Source: Adineta vaga
Lineage: Eukaryota > Animalia > Rotifera
Length of the DNA stretch: 64,000 nt
Direction: 5' to 3'
Assembly (NCBI GenBank): GCA_021613535.1
Contig: CP075497.1
Coordinates: forward strand, 11,470,001-11,534,000
Below are positions 14,110-27,940 of the stretch, piece by piece. Each line of letters opens with the position of its first letter. Position 1 is the first letter of the stretch. The translations under genes were made by a program, and so were the position numbers. The notes under the pieces are model-generated. The model did no database searches, was not told the origin of the DNA, and worked only from the letters and a program-made list of their open reading frames with translations.

Positions 14110-17100
14110 ATGGTTAAAGGTGGTAAAACTCCAGCAGCAGCATCAACTACAGGTGGAAAAACACCAGCTGCTGGTGGAAAAGATAAAGGTAAAGCAGGAA
14201 AAGGAAAATTAACTGAAGAGAAAACAATCGATGAAACTGTAAGTAAAATTTAGATTGATAAGAATAATTAGTTATGGTCATATTTGTAGTTTGAACCGAT
14301 AAAAATCGATGTTAAAGGTGCTCAAACAGCAGTTGTATGTTTAAAAAGTACTGAAGAAAATGTTTTGATTCGAGCATGTGATTCTCTATTTAAATTTGCG
14401 GATAAAAGTGATGCAAATAAATTATTATTACATGAAATGGCTGCAACAGATACTTTATTTGCATTGACTCAACATGAAAATCCAATTATAAAACGAAATG
14501 CAACAATGGTTTTTGGACTAATGGCTTCTCATCGTAAGATTCAAAAGGTTATTAACTATTCCTAATTAGCTATCTTGTTTTTAGCGGATATTCGACAATA
14601 TCTTCGTAAACTTGATTGTATTCCACATATGATAACACTTCTATCAACTGAACGTATGTTTCTAATCCTTCTATCCAATTGAATGTTTGTTCTGAATCAT
14701 CTTTTGTCTAGATGAAGCATTAACGAATGAATATGCTGTCTTTTGGCTTCGTCATATGTGTAGTAATTTTTCGACGAAATCTCAAATAACTTCTCTAAAC
14801 GTTCTTCCACCATTAATTCGATTGATTAATGAAAATGATCCAGATGTTAAATTTAATTCTTTATCAACAATCGATCGTATTCTTGATGATTATAATGCTC
14901 GAATTCTAATGAAAGAATTGAATGGTATCGAACCAATATTAAACAATCTCAGATCAGATTATCCACAAATATCCGAAACTGTTTGTAGTTGTTTACAAAA
15001 ACTTGCTACAGATCCAAATAATCGTGCAGTGATTAGAGAAATTGGTGGATTAGATCGAATGATTGATTTTATTGGATTAGATGATACAAAAGATGTTCAT
15101 GTTCATTGTTTAAATGCATTAGCAAATCTTTTAGAAGATACTGAATGTCTTGATGTATGTTTTAACAAAGAATATTTTGCTTTTTTTTTAAAGAGAATTT
15201 TCTTTTTATAGTTAATTCAATCGAATGGAGGACTGAAACGATTGATGCAATTCGTACAAGATAGTGCGTTACCAATTGTTCAAGCAGCTGCAGCAAAAGC
15301 CATTGGACGAGCAGCACGAAAACGTACGAAAGATTTCATAAAAATGTTCTTGAAATTATTTCGACTATTTTAGCACAAAATCGGAAGATTTTTTCGGAAC
15401 AAGATGCTGAACGTGCGATGATTTGTCTTTTACTTAGTGAAAATGATGATGTACGTATAGCTGCTTGTCAAGCATTAGCAGTCATGGCAGAAAGCATGTT
15501 AAGTCGAGAAACAATTCGAAATAATGGTTTGTTTTTTTATTCATTCTTTCCTTTTATTTTTTTTCTCCTTCATCGATGTGATGATAGATGGAATTCTTAC
15601 AATTGTACAAATGATGCAAAAAGATAATCCACGTTTACGGGAATTTTCAACATTAGCGATGTCAAATTTAACACAGAATAATTCCAATAATATTCGGTAA
15701 ACGATTTCCAATGAATTTGAATGAAAACAATTCAATTATCGTTTTGTATAGAGAATTACAAGAACAAAATGGTTTGGAAATTTTAATTCATTTATTAAAT
15801 GATGAAAAAGATACAACTAAAGCTTATGCATGTGTGACATTAGCAAATTGTTCAACAGATCCAGTTGTACGTGCGAATATTTTAGAAAAAGGTCTTATTA
15901 CTAATCTTCTTGCACCATTACATACAAAGTAAGAATGAAAAACTTTCAAAAAACAAGTAGAAACACATGTTTTATATCAGTTATGAAACAGCACAAGCAA
16001 AGGCAGCAATGCTTTTATCAGCATTTGGTATTGATCAAAAAGCACGACCTGAAGTAAGACGAACAAAAGAAATTCTACGGCAATTTCATTTATTGATTGT
16101 ATGATCAATGTAGGTATTAAGTAATGCAGCAATTGTCCCACGTCTTGTAACACTATCAAAATCAAATAATGATGAAGTTCGTCGAAATGTTTGTTTTGCT
16201 ATTAGTGTTCTCTGTGCAGATCAAGCTATTGCAATGGAAATTCTTCGAAATGGGTAAGGTTTCACACACACAGATACGTCTCTTCCGAAACTATCAGATT
16301 GAATGTTTAGTGCCCTTGAAATATTACGCGATTTAAATGCATCGGAATCTCGTAAGAGTAAATTCACTGAAATGGCTTTACAAAGAATACTCGATAGTCA
16401 ATTATCAGCTAAATATTCTTATCTTGGACGATTAGGTAAATGATTTAGATTTTCTTCGGAAATTTCTCATTAAATTGTTATTGTTATTTTTCAAGAAAGT
16501 AATAATATTACGACAGATGGATTTTATGATATGGGACCGGTTCCTGAAGGTGGAAAATTTTTAACAATTGAAGAACTTGCTGTACAAGAAGTGAATGATC
16601 GTCGGCCAATTTTAATTGTCAATGCTCCGGAAAAGAAGTAAGTGAAAAACGAGATAGTTTCATGTTCAATGTCACACGCGCTCGTTCACATTTATTTTTT
16701 ATTGCATGTTGCTTTATGCATGATCGATGTTGTATCATTTGCAGAAAGAAATTGACTTTTTTTTTAGAAAATATTCAGAATTTTTTGAAAGATTTTCTTT
16801 CAATTGCATATATATTGATGAACAATGTATACAAGTTCTGATCTTGTTCATTTAGTGTTCCACAATTCAGTGCAGTACCTTCGGAGGTGCCTCCAGAAGA
16901 TGATCGTACTCGAGCACGATCATCATCTAATTCAAATCTTGCTCGAGCAACAACACCATCGTAAGATTTCGTTGTATATTAGTTTAGTCATTGTTATTCT
17001 GTTACAGGAAAGGTTCGGATGGAAAAGATAAGGCAGGTAGTAATGCAACAGGTCGTACATCAAAGACAGTAAAAGGTGCAGCTAAAGAGAAAGAGACTAA

Positions 17101-18100
17101 AACGTAAGTTTTTTCTAATCTTTTCGCTTTCATTTCGATCTTCTCTGCTTATCTCTAGTACTACAACTACTTCCAGGTATGAAAATGCTTTTATTAAATG
17201 TATTTTGTATGTCTTCATTTTTCACCCTTTCACTCACATTTTTAACTAACAAAATTATTGGATAAATTATTTTACTTATTACTTGATCCACTTTTTTTTT
17301 CTAGTCGATCGAAAAAAGATAAAGTTAGTGATAAACGAGGTGCAGTTGATGATAAAAAGAATACGGAAGCTGATTCATCAACAACGAATGGTGTTGATCC
17401 GGTAAGAGAAATTCATCTCTTTCGGAATGTTTTACTCATTGATTTATTATTGTATAGAAAGCAGGTTATCAACGAACACCGGATCAAGATTTTCTAATGT
17501 ATCTCGATGAAATTCGCCCATTAGTTGCGAAGAAACCTTTATCAGAACAAACTCCAATTCTTGCTAAGTAAAATTGACCAAGTTTTTTTTGTTTCTGTTA
17601 TCATCCAATTATTATGTTTATTATTAAGATTTATCAGTAGTAAAATGGGTGAATCTATCGCGCCTGATGATATTTCAACATTTGGCTATGAAGTATCAAT
17701 AATTCAATTGAAAGCTGAAATTCATTCAAATATCGTTCCAATTGGACGAATACGAAAAGGTATTTATGCTCAACGAGCATTTCTATTCAAAGTGAGTACT
17801 TAAAATAAACTTTAAACAAAGTATATAGACAGTATTGATATGTTTTAGACGTTAGCTGATCGATTGGGAATGCCATGTACATTAGTACGAGGAAATTATA
17901 ATCGTGCTTGGAATGAAGTAGTACTTGGAGAATCATCTGCGGTAGGTTTTTGAAAAACAAAATTTCAATATAAACATGTTTGATTTTTGTAGGGTGTTCG
18001 ATATCCAGCTAAAACATGGATTGTTGATCTACTTCATGAACCAGGTCGATTGATCCATGCGAATTCATCGGATGCTCGTGCTTATACAACACTATCTTGA
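14110..18100 (+). CDS. ARMC3: Armadillo repeat-containing protein 3 (ciliary), many exons
   Basis: ARM repeats, then LSAKYSYLGRLESNNITTDGFYDMG and the C-terminal EDR1-like domain IGRIRKGIYAQRAFLFKTLADRLGMPCTLVRGNYNRAWNEV...IVDLLHEPGRLI. TGA 18098-18100. Confidence 0.9.
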
Positions 18101-18491
18101 AACAAAAACCACAACAGACTGAAAATATTGTCATAGTTCCGGTGGATATCATATTTTGAATCTACCATTTCTTTTGCTTCGTTTTTTTCTTGCTCAGAAA
18201 TATCTTGTCGATTTCGAGTTTGTACGACTATCGAAAAAATACAGTGATTCAAATGAACATAACCATCATTCATAGATTATCATCGAACGAAATTTCTCGT
18301 ATCTTCAGCAAGCATATTTGATTGTCTTTTGAGAAGATTTTTTGTTCTTATTCTATTGAAAATGATAGTAGAGAGAATGCAACAGCTTGCTTTAATCATT
18401 CATTAAGAATTTGTATATAGGTATCGATAGAGAAAAAGAACAAGCTGATTCTTTGGCATTTCTGATCTATTTTATCAAAAGAAGCAGCATC

Positions 18492-19403
18492 ATGAAATTT
18501 GTACTCTTCGTTCTGATTCTTTGCTTTTCGCTTCATTTCAACTCAGCTCTCTTTTGGTTCAATACAGAAGTAAAAAAGGTGACTAAACCGGTCAATACTC
18601 AGCGTACAACTGCTCTACGTCAACAATTTATCTCTCGACTTCAAAAATCCGCAAGAAATATGACGGTTTCTCAACAACAAAAAGTCATTACTTCGAATGC
18701 AAACCGAGTAAATCAATCACCTTTACAGCGAGCTCTTCTTCCACGAACACCTTATATTCGTTATACGTCTGGTGTTCAACGGCAAGCTGATAGTGTAAAA
18801 AAACAAAGCAACCAAACGATACCTCGAGATCGTTTTCGAGGCGTTGTTTATCAACAACGAAATGGAACAGTTCAACGTCCAGCAATGATTCGTCAAACTA
18901 ATCGAACTGTGATTAATACCAATAATCGAGTTTTAAATTCAAAACTTCAACCAATTTCTCGAAACAATACAAATATCAATAACCTCGCTGCACGTCGTCG
19001 TACTTTATCTCAAGTTAAAGTAACAAAAGCATTACTTGCTGATTCTAAACAAACTAAAACATCAATTGTTCGAAACAATCAGATTCATTCGCTTCAACAT
19101 GGAACACCAGTTGCAAAAAACGACATAAAAAATACAAGAACAAGTCTTCTGCATCGAACTCTTACAAAAAAAGTAGCAAATAACATCACTGCTCAAAATC
19201 AACGACGACTTCAAGACAATTCCCTTTATCAACAACGATTGAAAGCTTTTCGGAATGGTACACATCCTCATTCAAATCTTCAATCAACTTTGAGACGACA
19301 AAAACGACAAAATGAACTCAATGATGTACCACTTGAAAGATTTAATTCAATGGTTTTTGTACGTGATGCACCAGCAAAAGAAGAAGATTTCGATTCATCG
19401 TAA
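18492..19403 (+). CDS. Secreted, highly basic orphan protein / possible propeptide precursor
   Basis: Signal peptide MKFVLFVLILCFSLHFNSA. R/K/Q/N-rich body, RRQKR furin-type site, then a 31-aa acidic tail. Intronless. Confidence 0.7.
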   Translation: MKFVLFVLILCFSLHFNSALFWFNTEVKKVTKPVNTQRTTALRQQFISRLQKSARNMTVSQQQKVITSNANRVNQSPLQRALLPRTPYIRYTSGVQRQADSVKKQSNQTIPRDRFRGVVYQQRNGTVQRPAMIRQTNRTVINTNNRVLNSKLQPISRNNTNINNLAARRRTLSQVKVTKALLADSKQTKTSIVRNNQIHSLQHGTPVAKNDIKNTRTSLLHRTLTKKVANNITAQNQRRLQDNSLYQQRLKAFRNGTHPHSNLQSTLRRQKRQNELNDVPLERFNSMVFVRDAPAKEEDFDSS

Positions 19404-19710
19404 ACACTTTCAAGAAAACTATCAACTATTTTTCCTTATGATAATCTTTTATTCTAAATAAACAAGAATTTTCCTTAAATAGGTTTTTATTGTGAATTTT
19501 CTAGTGATGATTTGAATAATTTAAAAACAACAACAACAACAACAAAACGTGATCACTACTCATCTTTTGACTATGATTTGTAGTCGAAAATCACTTTTAG
19601 ATAAAAACGTGTTGAAAATATTAATAATTACATATCTGACAAGTCAATTTCAATGTTTGCTTTGTTTCATATCATTTAATATCGTCGTTCACGAGTTCTT
19701 CTTCTGTTAT

Positions 19711-20218
19711 TCATAAGTTCATCAATATATGCTCGTAATCGAATGTTATCACGTTTGAATTCATTCGAATCGATACAATAATTTTTAAATCATTTCTACA
19801 TTGATCATAATCACGTTTTAATAAATTTATACTATGAACTAATTGTTCATGTTGAGCACATAAATGCGCATGATCATTTTCACGTATGGTTAATCTTTCT
19901 TCGAATAGTTGACGTTTTTTACGTTCGATTAATAATTCACGAACTAATGTTTGAACCGTAGGTGAATATTGTTCGACATTTTGTATAATTTCATCGATAG
20001 ATTTTGTTTGATCTGTTAAAGGACGATAGCTATGTTGTCGATTGGTTTGAACTAAATAGATAATGATGAAAAGAAATAGTTTTCTTATGTGATTTACTTG
20101 AATGATCAGAATAATATCGTTCGTAAGAAGCAGTTTTTAATCGTTCTTTATCTCGATCATGTTGAGATTCTCGTTTATCCAATGGTGAACGTGAACGAGA
20201 TCGATGACAATATAACAT
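19711..20218 (-). CDS. Small coiled-coil orphan protein (2 exons); C-terminus may extend to 19676 via a -1 frame change
   Basis: Exon 20218-20098, 46-nt GT-AG intron, exon from 20051 open in frame (SPTVQTLVRELLIERKKRQLFEERL...). Confidence 0.55.
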
Positions 20219-20697
20219 TATCTAAAATAACTGTATGTCTTTTTCTGATCTGTTCGGCATCATGTGTATTACAAAAATTGATTTTTCTCGGCTAGTCAGT
20301 ACTTCATTTTGAGACTATGTATTTGTAATCTATTGATTCTTGTGATTCTTTTTATTCTTCATTTCTTTTTAACAAATATAATTAGAAAGAAGAAACCTAA
20401 ATAATTCAAGAATAATATTGACAAGTCATCATTTTCAAACGAAAATATCTAAAAATCAATTCTTAATCAAATTTCCAATCGTAAAACTAATTCAAAAGTA
20501 CATAGTCAATATCCTGAGGATGACTAACCTATTGAATCTGTTATTACTAGTCAGATAATCACAAAACAATATTCACAATCACCAAAATTAGAATTGAAAC
20601 TGAAATTCTCCTGAAAAACCCAACTATTTCCTATCCAATGATGGTATTTATTATAGATGTCTCTGTTGAATTATGATCATCAGGCACATCACAGGTG

Positions 20698-20711
20698 GTT
20701 GCTAAGAAAAC
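20698..20711. promoter_or_regulatory. RFX X-box (GTTGCTAAGAAAAC) upstream of TTLL6/13
   Basis: Full match to RYYNYY-WW-RRNRAC. Lies between the divergent coiled-coil gene and a ciliary polyglutamylase. Confidence 0.55.
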
Positions 20712-21562
20712 GAGATGGAATAACGAGCGAAGCAAAATGGTTTCGAGCTGTTTTGATTACATTACCCTGACTTTTCTTTACCTAAATGTACGTCTATCTA
20801 TAAATCCGGAAATTTCTCTCGTTCAATTTTTTCTTTCAGGAACATTTTCAAGAAGACTTTTGTCATATTTTATGATGAAATTACATATTCTGTTTCTATT
20901 GTGTACATAGAAATACGAGAATGAGACTTCTTACTTCATTGTTAAGAGTAAAAAGTTCGATTCAATTGTCATCATAAATGACATTGAACTAATGAAATGT
21001 GATTCTTTGTTCTATCAGATTCGATTTAAAGAAAAGAATCAAAATGAGTTCTTTTTTACATTTTCAATTTGTCAGAAATCTATTTTTTCTCAAGTTTCAC
21101 TTTTAACTGTCACTTGCGAGTTTCTTTTCTCTCACAGATCAAAGAAAGTAAGCAAAATATTTTTTCAAGATCATGTCAGTAGAAGATTTAGTTTCTATTC
21201 TTTTTCAACTTTAATGGCTGCCTACATTGAAAATTGAGATGTATGATTACGCGAGAAGAAAGAGTGTGTGTGAGAGTGAGAGAGAAGAGAAAAGAATGTC
21301 TTGTCATTTATTATATTGTCAACAACAGCAGCAACAACATAACGACATTGTGTATATTGATTCTGTACATGGAATAATTTTTTTTGTTTTCGTTTTTTGA
21401 AGATCTTTTGTTCATATCATATGGCTCTTGGTATTGATTTGGTAACTTCGATGTGTCGACGAACTTTATCGTAAATATTCTATAAAGAAATCTTTCATTT
21501 GATTAAAAGAAAAATTCATTTCCTGTCACACAACTTACATTAGAGGATATTAAAAATAATAA

Positions 21563-24500
21563 ATGCCAGCACCAAGACGACGTGAAAGAAATAGCTCAAG
21601 TGAATCAAGCGGAAGAGGATCATCATCAGAAGATGAAACACCATCGACGACATTTGATCGATCAATAACGAATAAACCAAGTGAATTAACGTTGAAAGAT
21701 GATGAAGATATAATTGATTATCAAGCACCATTACCCGACGAAGAAGGTAATGACAAAACCGAACAAATACTTTCAAATTTCCAGTTTTGATTATAGAAAT
21801 TCCAGGTGAATCGGATGACGAACGACGTGTTTTACCAAGACCTATTCCATCATCGACATCTAGAACATTAGATGATGAAAATGATAGTAAAAAACAACCA
21901 CAATTAGCCAAGAAAAAACGAAAAAGGTTTGATTGGAGAGAAAAAAGATTTATTCAAATATCTTTTTGTTTTTTTGAAGAATCTATTATATTTGTGTATC
22001 CAATGTGCAAATATGAATGCGTACGACGAGCAGCAAAACGATTAAACTTTCGTGAAGTGGGTGATGATGATGATTGGAATGTTTATTGGACAGATACAAG
22101 TGTTGGAATTGATCGAGTTGGACAAATGAAAAAATGGCAGGTGAGAGAAATTCACTAAATCTTTTTGGAGTACAAATATGAAAATCTTTGGTTGTTTTTT
22201 CCTGTAAATAGAAAGTCAATCATTTTCCGGGTATGAGTGAAATTTGTCGAAAAGATTCTTTAACAAGAAATATGGCACGAATGATAAAAATGTTCCCGAA
22301 AGAATATGCATTTTATCCTAAAGCTTGGTGTCTTCCAGCTGAGTATGAAATCTTTTATTAAGAAATTCTCGTTTACTTATTTCTCGTATAAATTTGTCAA
22401 TAGTTATGCTGATTTTGCTAAATATTGTTCCGAGAAGAAGTTCAAAACATATATTTCCAAACCGGATGTTGGTTGTCAAGGTCGAGGAATTTTCATAACA
22501 AAAAATCCAGGAAGAGATATCAAACCGTAAGATATAAATTCAAAAGATTTTGATTATTTCGTTCTATTTAGTTCTGATAATTATGTTGTACAAGTCTATG
22601 TGAATCGAGTATGTTGAAAAACCTTTCTTTAATCGGATAGAAATTTAGTATTGTTTTCTTTCGTTTAGCCTTTTGTTCTCGATGGTTTCAAATTTGATTT
22701 ACGTGTTTATGTAGCTGTAACATCATGTGATCCTTTTCGAATATTTGTTTATAAAGATGGTTTAGCTCGTTTTACAACTCAACAATATGAAGAACCATCA
22801 GGTTCTAATTGTGTATGAGAAGATAATCGAACAAAAAGAAAAAGACATTTTATTGATTTTCTTTTCGTTTTTCTAGAAAGATGTTTTTATGCATTTAACA
22901 AATTATGCTATTCAAAAACGTTCGGATGATTTCATTCGAGATGAAGATTCAGGGACTAAACGGTAAAATATTTTTGAAAAATCGAAAAAAAATATAAATT
23001 CCTCATTTCGAAATATTCTCTAGTCGAATAACGACAATTAATCGTTGGTTAATCGAACATGGTTATGATGTTGCGAAACTTTGGGCAGATATTGATGAAG
23101 TTGTTATAAAAACTCTCATATCTGCTCAATCAGTTCTCAAACATAATTATCGAGCTTGTTTTCCAAATCATTATCGTGGTAGTGCTTGTTTTGAAATTCT
23201 CGGATTCGATGTGTTACTTGATCGAAAATTGAAACCACATGTTCTTGAAGTAAGACAACAAAAAAAACGAACTTTTTTCGAATCGAAGAATTTTTCATTT
23301 TCAAAGGTTAATCATTCGCCAAGTTTTACAACCGATTCTAAACTTGACCGAGAAATCAAAGATGCATTGATTTATGATACTTTAATGTTATTAAATTTAC
23401 CTGCAGCTGATAAACGTCGTTTTGTTGAAGAAGAAAAAAGACGTGCAAAAGAACGACTTTTTCAGAAAATTAATAAAAAAGATAGTAAATATCGTGAAGA
23501 ACAAGAAGATCTTGCTCAACAATGGCAAAAGGAAATCGAAAATTGGGAAGATCAACATATGGGTAATTATCGACGAATTTATCCAGGTCCTGATACAGCT
23601 GAAAAATATGATCGATTCTATATACAGTCCGGAACACTCTATTCAGAAACGGCAGCATCTAAGGCTCGATTAGAACAAGCAAAGTAAGTTGATCTTGACG
23701 ATGAATAATTGAAACATTGTTTTTCTCTTCGACAGAGCTCAAATCGATGAAATTCAAAAGAAACAAGATAAATTGAATGCATTAAAAAATCGAAAACCTA
23801 ATTCAACAGGAATTACAAACAATCCAAAAGAACTTCGAGGTGAAAGTCCAACACGCAAACCATTAGGAACTGTAAAAACATCTCGAAGTTCATCATTCAA
23901 TCGTGTACCATTAAAACGTCTCACAGCCGTAAGTTTATTTCTAATCATTTCTTCGTTTTTCTTCTCTATCGTTTCACTAATTTAACTAATCAAAAACAAC
24001 GCTTTATAGAAATTGGTTTTTTCTCATCGACATTCAATGGTAAATTCTTCCACTAAACTTCCTCATTGCACATTCTTGTTCTTTGCCTTTCGTATTTCGA
24101 TATAAACATATTCTGACATTCATCTCTTTTCAAACTAAAACATATCCAAAAATAAATTCTTTAGAATACAGTTATCACAACTCCACCTATACAACAAAAT
24201 TACGGAGAATCAACTCGACCGATGGATATTGATGAAAGTGAAGAATACGAACGATTAACATCACTTCATCAGCGTGAAACATTGGTTCGAGGATTAGGTA
24301 GACAAACTAAAATGTACTTAGAAAACATATAATGTTTTTTTTTCAAATTACACAGGTGTTGTCGATATGTGTCATCGCGTTTTGTTTGGCACACCAGGTA
24401 CGACAGCAAATGTACCGGTGACAAATAATATGAATGCTACAACAAATGTACAACATCATAATATGGTAAAAACCAAAGTGATAGATAGATTAGAGATGTT

Positions 24501-25503
24501 ATTCGGATGAATTTGTTTTCTCTAGACTCAGAATGATCCATCAGATCCTTCACAAAATCTCTCTCTTCTTCAATATGTTGGATTGAAATTACCTAATTCA
24601 CAATTGAATCGATATACGACACATAATGGAACAACTACTCAAGGTATTCAACAATATTATACCAGTCAACAACATCAAATGCAACCAAAATATGATCTTC
24701 GAACGACTAAAAATGTAGCCTAGGATTTTTCTTTATCTAAAATTTTTAACTCAATTTATCATTATTCTAGACTACAACGAGTACACAGAATGCTACAAGA
24801 TTAAGTCGCTATCAACAAGCATTACGTTCATCAGAGAATAATCAACATAATAGTACTAATCGTGCTGTCCTACCGACTCATTTAATGCCACAAATAACAA
24901 CAAATTTTTCATCTAAAACAACAGTTACGACAACAAATCCTACAATTGATCCATCTGTTCGAACTAAAAGTGCAAATACCATCTCACGACATCGGACAGG
25001 TCTGTTTGGATAAAAAGAAAAACGAACTACTAGACGCAACATATACACATATATTTGATCAATCTTCAATCTTCTTTTTTTGGTCCTTACACTTGATTTA
25101 TATTTGAATTATGCATGTCTACACACATTCTTCTTCTTCTTCTTCTGATTTTCTGTTTATATTACACACATACTTTCAATCGATTTGATAAAACCGGTAA
25201 GTTGATTTCGTTTCATTCAAACCAATATGAACTATGTCTTCAATTGTCCAACAAAAAAAACGCATTTTTATTTCAGGCGGTCTCTATTTGGTTTCATGTG
25301 GTTCTAATATAACTCGTCTTCCTACGAATACTATAACACGTCCTCAAGAAATAGCTGTCAATGGTTCATCAATGACAGTTGGAAGTAAACTTCAATCACT
25401 TTGTGATTTTGCATCACTGGAACATTTCAAACGACTTCATATAGCAAAACTTTCTACCAATGAAACTGTTGTTTCATCAACATCTCCATCAGCACCTAAA
25501 TGA
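21563..25503 (+). CDS. TTLL6: Tubulin polyglutamylase TTLL6/TTLL13-like
   Basis: WNVYWTDTSV, KVNHFPGMSEICRKD, YISKPDVGCQGRGI, KFDLRVYV, GLARF, HLTNYAI, CFEILGFDVLLD...LEVNHSPSF. Long low-complexity C-terminus. Confidence 0.9.
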
Positions 25504-26430
25504 GAGATCGATAAGAAGTTCTCTAGAATTATTATTGTTGTTCAAATACGCTGTCGTTTTCTCTGCAAATATTCTAAACCGGTTTGTTAATGCTTCCCCA
25601 TGCCATTCCTCTCCGATTCTTTCTTTTTTTTCTTTTGTCTTTTTCTTTTGTTTTTGGTGTGCCTTGTAGACAGACGATGATGCTGTTTTCTTTCTTTTCT
25701 TTTTTGTGAATGTGTGTAAATGAGAGGATAGAACGATGAGCAAAACAAATGACATCTGATTGCGAACATATTTTAGCGAGAGAAATCACACAGTTGTCTA
25801 TTGCTTCTATTTTTGTTAATCAAATTGGAAAGCAAAATACACATACGTTCAATGAAATTAATTATTCCATCTCATAAGAGATACTTCTATTAAAAAAGTG
25901 CTACATTAACAAGTCATGTTTGACGTAAGTCATCAGAAATATTTGAAAATCTTTATTATATATTTATGTGTAAAGAATAACCTTGAATTTTTCATTTCTA
26001 TACCATGCATTGTTCAACAAAGAAGACGACAAAAATAATGATGATGTTATATCCTATATCTCTATAGTTGTTTATTTTGAAAGTAGGACAAAAAAAGAAA
26101 AGAAAAAAGAACATGATCAGTAATAGTAGTAGGAAACGACGACAACGATGACGATATCAAATCTTCCAAGTTCAATTGAGCAACATCGTCTAGATAGTTA
26201 GAACAAAAAAACAGAGAACAAAAAGGATGAAGTAACTGTACATGAGGAGAGAAATCCCGAAGAGCACAAAAGAGAAAGGATATTTCAATGACAAGCAAAA
26301 AAATGAAAAGAAAAATAGGCGTGTTACACGAAAAAAAATAATAATAATAAATACAGCCGAGACAAAAAGAAAGATAAGATATATAAGCTGATTTGTTGAT
26401 ATTTTTTTTCTTTCGATAGAAATATTCTTT

Positions 26431-27419
26431 TCACATATGTCGGCCACGTTTGGGTTTTTGAAAATCTGAAGAATTCGAACCATTGAATAAATCTGCTGAA
26501 TGCCAATCACGTTTTCGCGCTAAATGATCAGCAACTTGTTGACGAACGAAACTTTCCAGTTGTTGAGCAGTTGATGGTGGAGATGGAGATTGATGACGAT
26601 AGGTAGTCGAATGAATATTTCGATTAGCATTATCAATATCGTGCATAACAAGTGCTTGTCGAAATGTTTGAAGATCATCAACAATTGGTTGAGTTGCATT
26701 CGTTGTAAGTTCAGTAGTTGAATCTTGTCGACGTACAGTACTAAGATTTGTTGTGCCACTGTTCGTACTGCCAATTTCTGTTGTTGATATAGAATTATTT
26801 GAATGATATGGTCGAGAAGCAAAACGATATGGAGGTCGGCCAATTAAATAATCATAAACTTCTTCAGTACGGATATGACGACGTTGTTTACGACGTGCCC
26901 AACATAATAATTCTTTGGTTTTACGTTGTTCACCATTCATAATACCCAATTGAACTGCATCTTTCAATGCATCCAAACTTTCTACAAAGAAAGAACAAGA
27001 TCATAAAATTAACAAAAAAAATTAAAACTTTCATATATTTTCTCATACCTTTATAAAGCATTGTTACTGATCCAGCAGCTGCATGAAATGTATTCCAATT
27101 TGCTGTTCCATTGGAACGTTCTAAAAAATAAAATAATAATAAAAATTTAGACAAAACAAATTTTGGTTATTTTTCTTCTTTTACCACGAAACATTTTTGT
27201 CACTTCTTTTGCTGCATTTTGGAAGGCAATAAATAGTTTTTGTGTATATAAATCTTGTCCATTAACTAAATTTTCATTTATCATCCTTTCCAGCTCATGT
27301 TCATACTTGGATAAAGCGGTTTCTTCACTATCAATTGAAGTTGATAGATTATTTGTTGTATTCATTCCTGAGCGTTCTGGCGAATCTCCAATATCAGATG
27401 AATCACCAAAATTCGACAT
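26431..27419 (-). CDS. HAPSTR1: HAPSTR1/C16orf72 (DUF4588) family protein, 3 exons
   Basis: Duplicated motif KLFIAFQNAAKEVTKMFR / WNTFHAAAGSVTMLYKES, followed by GEQRKTKELLCWARRKQRRHIRTEEVYDYLIG. Basic C-terminus. Confidence 0.8.
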
Positions 27420-27940
27420 GAAAATAAATTTAGTTATTAAAGATCTGAATAAAATCAAATAAATATATCAAACCAATGATAAACAATCATGTACATGGAA
27501 GAAATGAGAAAAAAAATAATAATGATGATCAAATGTGATTTTTTTCATCAATCCATTGTTTAACTGTCATATCCAATGAGTGAGGTCGCTAGTAGGATGT
27601 TTATTTTTCTAGAACTGAATTTATTTTGAGAAAATAATTGAAAATAAATGTTTTCTAGTAGAAAAATAATTTTCAATAAAATCAGTTCAAAATGAAGAAG
27701 TGTTATGAAAATCTTAGTCAAGTCAATTCTGATTGGTTGATGAGAAATGAAGAAATCCAAAAAATTGCGCAGCTAGAGATGTCCGTTGGATAATGTGTTA
27801 CTTTTTGAGGCATTATTTTCTTCTTTTATAGATTGAAAACACCCTGTGTGTAGTCATTGATTGACTCATTTGATAGTATTACACAATAATTTATCATTTT
27901 CTACAATGAATTGTTTGATTTTCTAGAGAAAAGATCTCAA

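Noticed and set aside
21740-21800. Apparent frameshift between TTLL ORFs 21563-21790 and 21787-22158
   Set aside because: Explained by a normal short intron (G|gtaatg...ttatag|AA).
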